This document shows, piece after piece, positions 58,148 to 64,000 of a stretch of DNA of 64,000 nt. The stretch is from the human T2T-CHM13v2.0 reference genome, Homo sapiens. The DNA is taken from NCBI RefSeq assembly GCF_009914755.1, contig NC_060928.1. The stretch is one strand, 5' to 3'. Position numbers and translations under genes: made by a program. The notes below the pieces were generated by a model. It saw only the letters and a list, made by a program, of their open reading frames with translations. It was not told the origin of the DNA and made no database searches. Numbering within the stretch: position 1 is the first letter of the stretch; each line of letters opens with the position of its first letter.

Positions 58148-59398
58148 GGCTTTTGCAGAAGCCTGGGCATGCATTAACAGGAGCTATATTTGTGACAATA
58201 GAGATTAGAAAAAAGGGACAGAAGGTAAAGTATTTCAAAAGAAGAATTAGTCAGCATTGGTAACTAATTGTAAATGTTAAAAAACAAAAAGCAAAAAGAT
58301 GTCTTCCAGATCACATGGGGAACAATGATGGAACACCTGCCAGAAATAAGGGGCTTAGGAGAGAGGGCTGGCCGCCTGGAGAATTTAGAGGACAAGTTTG
58401 GCTTTGTGCTTGTCAAGTTACTGTTTACAGTGGATGTCTTTCTGTGGTCTGTGGCCCTGAAAAAGACATTTCCTCCCCCCAGTTTTAACTTTCAGTTAAC
58501 TAATTATTCTCTAACTCCTTCACGTGTATCTGCTTTCTTTCATATCTCGCTATCTATAAAGTTTATAATCAGCTACAGATCTTTGTACATAGCAGAACAT
58601 TCTACAGAACGTTTTGATTTTTACCTCCATTTCCACGAACAAAAATAGGCTGAAATGTCTTTGATTAATTATGGTTTCAGACGTTTCGTGTCCTGTTCAT
58701 AAGAAGCAGATTCGCCATCTTTAGATTTTTAGGTTAGAGGAGGGCAACGAAACGAACTTCAATGTAAGGCGGGAAACTAAAGAATGCTAACCTTACGTCC
58801 AGAATGCTGTTTGCTCTCATTCCCTATGAACCGATTAGAATTATAAAGAGGTGATTTGGGGAACTTTTTTATCCATGGTTCGACTGTAAAATAAACAGGC
58901 TGATCTGTGATGTGTGGCCAGTGGAAATCAGTTTTATTACTTGTTACTCATCCCGTGGAGATCTCAGTTCAGTTCTGGTGGACAGAGTTCGAACGTAAAA
59001 ACCCACCTCTTCACATAAAATAAAATCAATGCTATGAGAAGGAATAAACTTTTGGTTATCATTTTGGAAAACCAATTTTTTACTTCTAGGTTGCATCTTA
59101 CCCTTTTGGGTTGAATTTTAATAAGACGTATATTCATTTAAAGTGGAATAGCGATTCTCAGGGTCAGCTGCTTCATTTCACAGCAACTAAATGTATCAAA
59201 GTATGTCAAAATAACATATTATAGGGAAGTGTGACCCTTGAAACCTCTATAAAGAAATGGCTAGTAGTAAGTAGTTCAGATCTTTTAAATAATGTCATTC
59301 TAACAAGAAAGAAAATGTCACATTGTTTGTAACTTTTTATAACACTGTAACCTAAATGACACTGGTGTTAGGACCTGAGACCTTAAGCATTTGCTGAG

Positions 59399-59426
59399 TG
59401 AATGAATGAATGAATGAATGAATGAA
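59399..59426. repeat. (TGAA)7 microsatellite, probably an L2 tail
   Basis: Seven TGAA units preceded by AAGCATTTGCTGAG. Confidence 0.9.
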
Positions 59427-61621
59427 TTTTGTTACATATTGACCTTCAATAAAAAGAAAGACTTGGGGCCCGAACATATTAAAGCTATAAAGAATGACTC
59501 TGAATTTTAAAAGTTGCTGTAATGAAATTGACATTTGTTCAAGATATATTGCATCATTTAAAAAAGACATCCCAATGAATCATTAGCCAAAGACCTGCTT
59601 TTCCATAATATCTTTGCTTCTTTATGCTATCCTCAGGAATTCACTCTTCATTACCAAATCTTCCTTCTATTTTTGTCAAAAAGTATATTAAGTGTTAAAA
59701 TGGCAATACCAATGCATTGAAAATACCTTTCAAAATTGATTTGCACATAATTATATATGCACTTACCTTGAGATTTTATGTTTATTCCAAACTCCTGCCC
59801 AATGTTATAAACCTGAACTACAGAGTTCAAATGCACCTGTCATTTCTTTCTTTAGTCCTGACTTACTCTTACTACAAGCCATCCAGAAGTAAAATCACAA
59901 ACTCTTCATGGGAAAAAGGCACATAGGACCATAATCTAACACCCCAGTGTGCAGTAAGAGATATGATATTGACCAGGGAGTTTTCCTTTTTAGGTTCTGT
60001 TATTAGTAAATCATTGCAAGAATAGACATAAATATCAACTTAGTTGTATTTAAACTTTTTCTTCCAAATTCCATAAAAAAGACACCAATTTATCAACCAT
60101 TCCTCCCAGAGGCCCTTTCATCCATATTCCTTAGTCGACAGTTCTTCTGTGACAATAAAATGTGAATAAAATGCAGGCAGAAATATGTATCATGTTCTGG
60201 GCAGTTAGGGGGTAAGGCTTTGAAAGCTCATTAACTGGAACGGTTGGTTGTGTTTCCCTAGAGAAAACCTTCGGACCAACTGCAAACATTTATCTTCTGG
60301 GAACAAAATGGGCCCCATCCCTGAAGAGGAGAAAAGGCCAGCATTCTTGACATGAGAGCATGGTAAAGGTGGGATTGCAAGGAATTAGAGACAAGGCTGC
60401 TAGCTATGGTTGGTTAACATCACCTAACACTTTGGCTCTTGTTAAAAAAAGAAAAAAATCAAATTTAACTAGCCTGATTGCAGAGTTTAAAATAAAGAGT
60501 CATCCTTTATAGTATACTTTTCTTATTAACATTCAGTGGATTCCGTGTAGATGAAATAGTATTCATCCATTCGTTCAAGAAGCATTCTTCCTCAAGGAGG
60601 CAGGTCTCTGAGCCAGTGTTATTTGCGATGCACACTCAAAAAATGAATCACATGGGATGCCCCTTGGGGCCTTTGGCAGCCTCCTTCCCGTTAAATTATC
60701 AGTGTGAGCATTAATTCAAGATGTGAAACCTCAGGCATGGCTGTATCAAGGCAACAAAGCAGCGAAGAGGCAGATTACAGATAACGAGGACCAGTCAGGG
60801 GTTCAGACAAACATGGCAAGCAGAGTTTCAGATAACTAAAAATTGCTCCATCCATGCTGTGGCACTCTGACAAATGAGGTAAACATCGCAAATGAGAGGA
60901 AGAACAAGGCAAGAGCTAGTGGCTGTGGCTCCTGGAGACATCCACTTTCAGCATCGTAGAGGTCTTTCTAGAGATCCTTTCTGTCCAGGTGAAGGCCATG
61001 CATGCATCAGGACATTTTTGGTCTTATCTCCCAACCAGAAAGCTCTCTCTTACCTGTTGGAGAACCTGGCATCCCACTGGGGTCATCTCTCAGAAGATAC
61101 GCAGGGTCCTAGAAAAATGAGAAATGCAATACTTCTGTTATAACACAACTTCTATTAGAAAATGTAGTTCCTTTTCCAGTTTGACTTACAAGGAGCATAT
61201 TTCCTTTCATCCCAGCAGCCAAAACAGAGGCCTCCTGGTCTCATTTTAACTGTAATAGCCCCAGGAGCTTTGGCTGCGGTATTTTCCCCTGTCGGGCCCA
61301 GATCCAGGATTGGGCTAGATATTCCACAACACAAATAACTGCATCCTTTCCATGTGTACATTGGTGCAGGCTCTCATTAATCACTTCTGGTTCTTCAGCA
61401 GTCGATGATGAGGACTCTGCCTCAGCCGTCTACTGACATGGGTGATTTGTCAAATAGATATTAGCTAGAGGAGGGCTTGTTAATTTTATGTATGTAAATA
61501 TATTCTGAGGACAATGCCATAATGAGAATATTATGATCTGCAATTAATAGACATTTTCTTTAGTTATTGACATGTCCTCAAAAACATCTATATGATTATC
61601 ATATTCCTTTTTATAATTTTC

Positions 61622-61937
61622 TTCTCTTTTTCTTTTTTCTTTTTTTTTTTTATTAGACAGGATCTCACTCTGTCATGTGGCTGGAGTGCAGTAGTGTGAT
61701 CATGGCTCACTGCAGCCTCGTCTTTCTGGGCTCAGGTGATCCTCCTATCTCAGCCTCCAGAGTAGCTGAGACTGGCTGCAGAGTAGCCATCATGCCTGGC
61801 TAATTTTTTGTATTTCTGGTAGAGAAGGGGTTTCACCGTGTTGCTCAGGCTGGTCTTGAACTCCTGGACTCAAGCTGTCTGCCTGCCTTGGGCTCCCAAA
61901 GTGCTGGGGTTACAGGCATGGGCCACTGCACTCAGCC
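61622..61937 (-). mobile_element. AluJ-like
   Basis: GATCATGGCTCACTGCAGCCTCG...GGGCTCAGGTGATCCTCC; TSD CTTTTTATAATTTTC (61607-61621 / 61942-61956). Confidence 0.93.
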
Positions 61938-63273
61938 CCTGCTTTTTATAATTTTCAGTGTGCAGGGATCACGTTCTTCTATTTTAAATCCCTGCTATGT
62001 CTAATACAGAACACTAGAAGCTATGAATGCTGGGAAAATGTTGGTAATGAAGATGACAATAGTGGTAATGTGGTTAAGTGTATAATCACTAATTAGGCAA
62101 CACTGTAATTTTCTGGTTCTGAAAATGGCGCAGCACATTCAGGAAGACTTTTTGCCTAGAGGCTTGTGTGGTCCTGAGTGCACACATACATGCCTGGACG
62201 CATGGCCCACGCAGAGCAGGGCAGCAGAGGCTTGGCAGCCAGGAGTCTCCTTGCCCTCTGTCTCCCGAGGCTCACAGTATTTCTCTTTGCAGGGCCTCGC
62301 TAAGGAGTAGCTCTCGGCTGGCAAGCTGCCACACAGATTTTTATAAAAAGGCATTTTCCTCATATAAAATAATTTGGGGCTTTCCAGTTACACCACATTG
62401 CTGTAATTAATAGGAGTCACTTTTTACGTAGAAGATCTATTAGCATCAGTGCCACATGAAAATTAAGAAGAGATGAGAGGCCAACAGCAGAGCAAGACAA
62501 AGATGAGAAATCGTCTTAACCACGAGGACCACAGATGAAGAGCACACGAGCAAAAATGGAAAAAAAAATCAGAGTTTTCCTAGGTTATGGAATATTTGGA
62601 TATGAGCCTCACCTTTAGTTTTGACATATCATATTGAATTACAAGTGAGAGCTGGAAAAAAATGTGTATTCACTCTATTGGAACTAAAATATATTTTGAA
62701 TATTTTCTCCTTTTCTTCCTTAAGATGTACATTTCCTCCTACCTGTACATTAATGTTCATGAAACGAGCATATATCATCATTTTTAATTATTTGACTCAT
62801 ATTTCCTCCCTTGTCATTGCTTCAGTGTGCTCAAAAGCAGGTGTAAAGGAGGAAATTAAAATAGAGCATTCACCTGCTGTGAGTCCCTATCGGCTGTAAT
62901 GGTTGGATACGTGGACTTATCCCTAAGTCCCACTCCAGTGGTCAAGAGCCATTAACCAAAGCCTGTCCCTCACAGCTTCCTTCACTCTCGAGCCCGGTGA
63001 TGCCCTGTCAGTCACCAGGTGGACACCATTGTGATTACACAGAAAGTAATTTCTTGATAGTAACTAACAAGATAACAATTTTTAGCATACTTTGTTGCTT
63101 TAAAGGTATTTCATGGAGAGTTTTTGACTACAAGTGTTTACTTTCCTGTATGCAGTCAAAGTCCAGCTGATTGTTGCATTAAATGCCCTCACTATCCCTC
63201 CTGGGATCAAATGAGAGAGGACCCAAGAGGTTCTTAGAAACAGGACTTTACAAAGAGGAGGTTCTGAGTATGG

Positions 63274-63449
63274 CATTGATTCTCAAAACTTCAGTTTGCA
63301 AAAGAAACAGCTAAAATGCAGTTAAAAATGCAAACTCCTGGCTCCCACCCTCAGATATTCACATATGGGTAAGTCTGGAGGGGGCCCAAGAATATGCATT
63401 TTAAATGAGTGTTTCAGATGATGCTAATGCAAGTGCTCTGGGAACCCTG
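63274..63449. mobile_element. MER5-family hAT MITE (MER5B-like)
   Basis: CATTGATTCTCAAA...GTTAAAAATGCAAACTCCTGG...GGGGCCCAAGAATATGCATTTTAA...GGGAACCCTG. Confidence 0.75.
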
Positions 63450-64000
63450 GTGTAACTAACACAGGAGGGGAGGGGCGTGGAACTTTTCCTTCTCCTAAAT
63501 TCACTCTGCAAGAGGAGATATTTTCCGTACTATGCGTTATTTTGACAGGTTGCCATTGAGGTGAGGAAGATAGTGAATACTTCCTGTAAAGAGGGCATTA
63601 TCATGTGAGTTCATACTTTCATTCATACACCTTTTGCTTCTTCCTTGGTTCTAAGTACCAGTCACATAGATAAAATATAAAAAGGGACAAATTTTAAAAC
63701 ATTAATCAAAAGCAACTTAAGTGTGTCCATGGCTAGGAATAAACCAGGAACTGAAGCTGAAGTGAGGGTCTACTGGACTCTGGGTAGAGAAACAGAAGCA
63801 GGTAGAGTTTGCTTCCTACAGGATGATGAGGGCTAACAGTACCTGATCCAACGCCTGGACCCAAGTCAGCCCCTGTGTTTGAAATCAGCAGCTGGGTCGT
63901 GACTGAAAAGTCCAGAGAGGAAGTTGGGATAAAAAGCCTGTAAGCTCCTCCCTAGAAAGCTGGGTATCTGGGGTTGGCTGGCTGGAGCAAAGGCAGCCTC

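Overview
This is primate (hominoid, most likely human) genomic DNA, AT-rich and repeat-dense. I found no recognisable cellular protein-coding exon, RNA gene, CRISPR array or prokaryotic system. Main content: (1) a full-length but dead L1PA3-type LINE-1 (8487-14668, minus strand) that keeps the ~129-bp 5'UTR segment lost in younger L1s; (2) a solo ERV9 LTR12C (38179-39704, plus strand) whose R-region poly(A) signal is deleted; (3) MSTB and MER31 solo LTRs, a twin-primed 5'-inverted old L1, Tigger3a and MER5 DNA-transposon fossils; (4) about 18 Alu/FLAM copies and many MIR/L2 relics. Every L1 and both older LTRs lie on the minus strand, which suggests a long intron of a plus-strand transcription unit that I cannot name. 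The best unexplained signals are several plus-strand exon-like units, chiefly a candidate alternative last exon at 54427-54760, and a few motif-rich, CpG-retaining enhancer-like patches. The longest ORFs in the supplied track are L1-, Alu- or LTR-derived; the rest look like chance frames. Repeat subfamily calls come from remembered consensus sequences, not from a RepeatMasker run.
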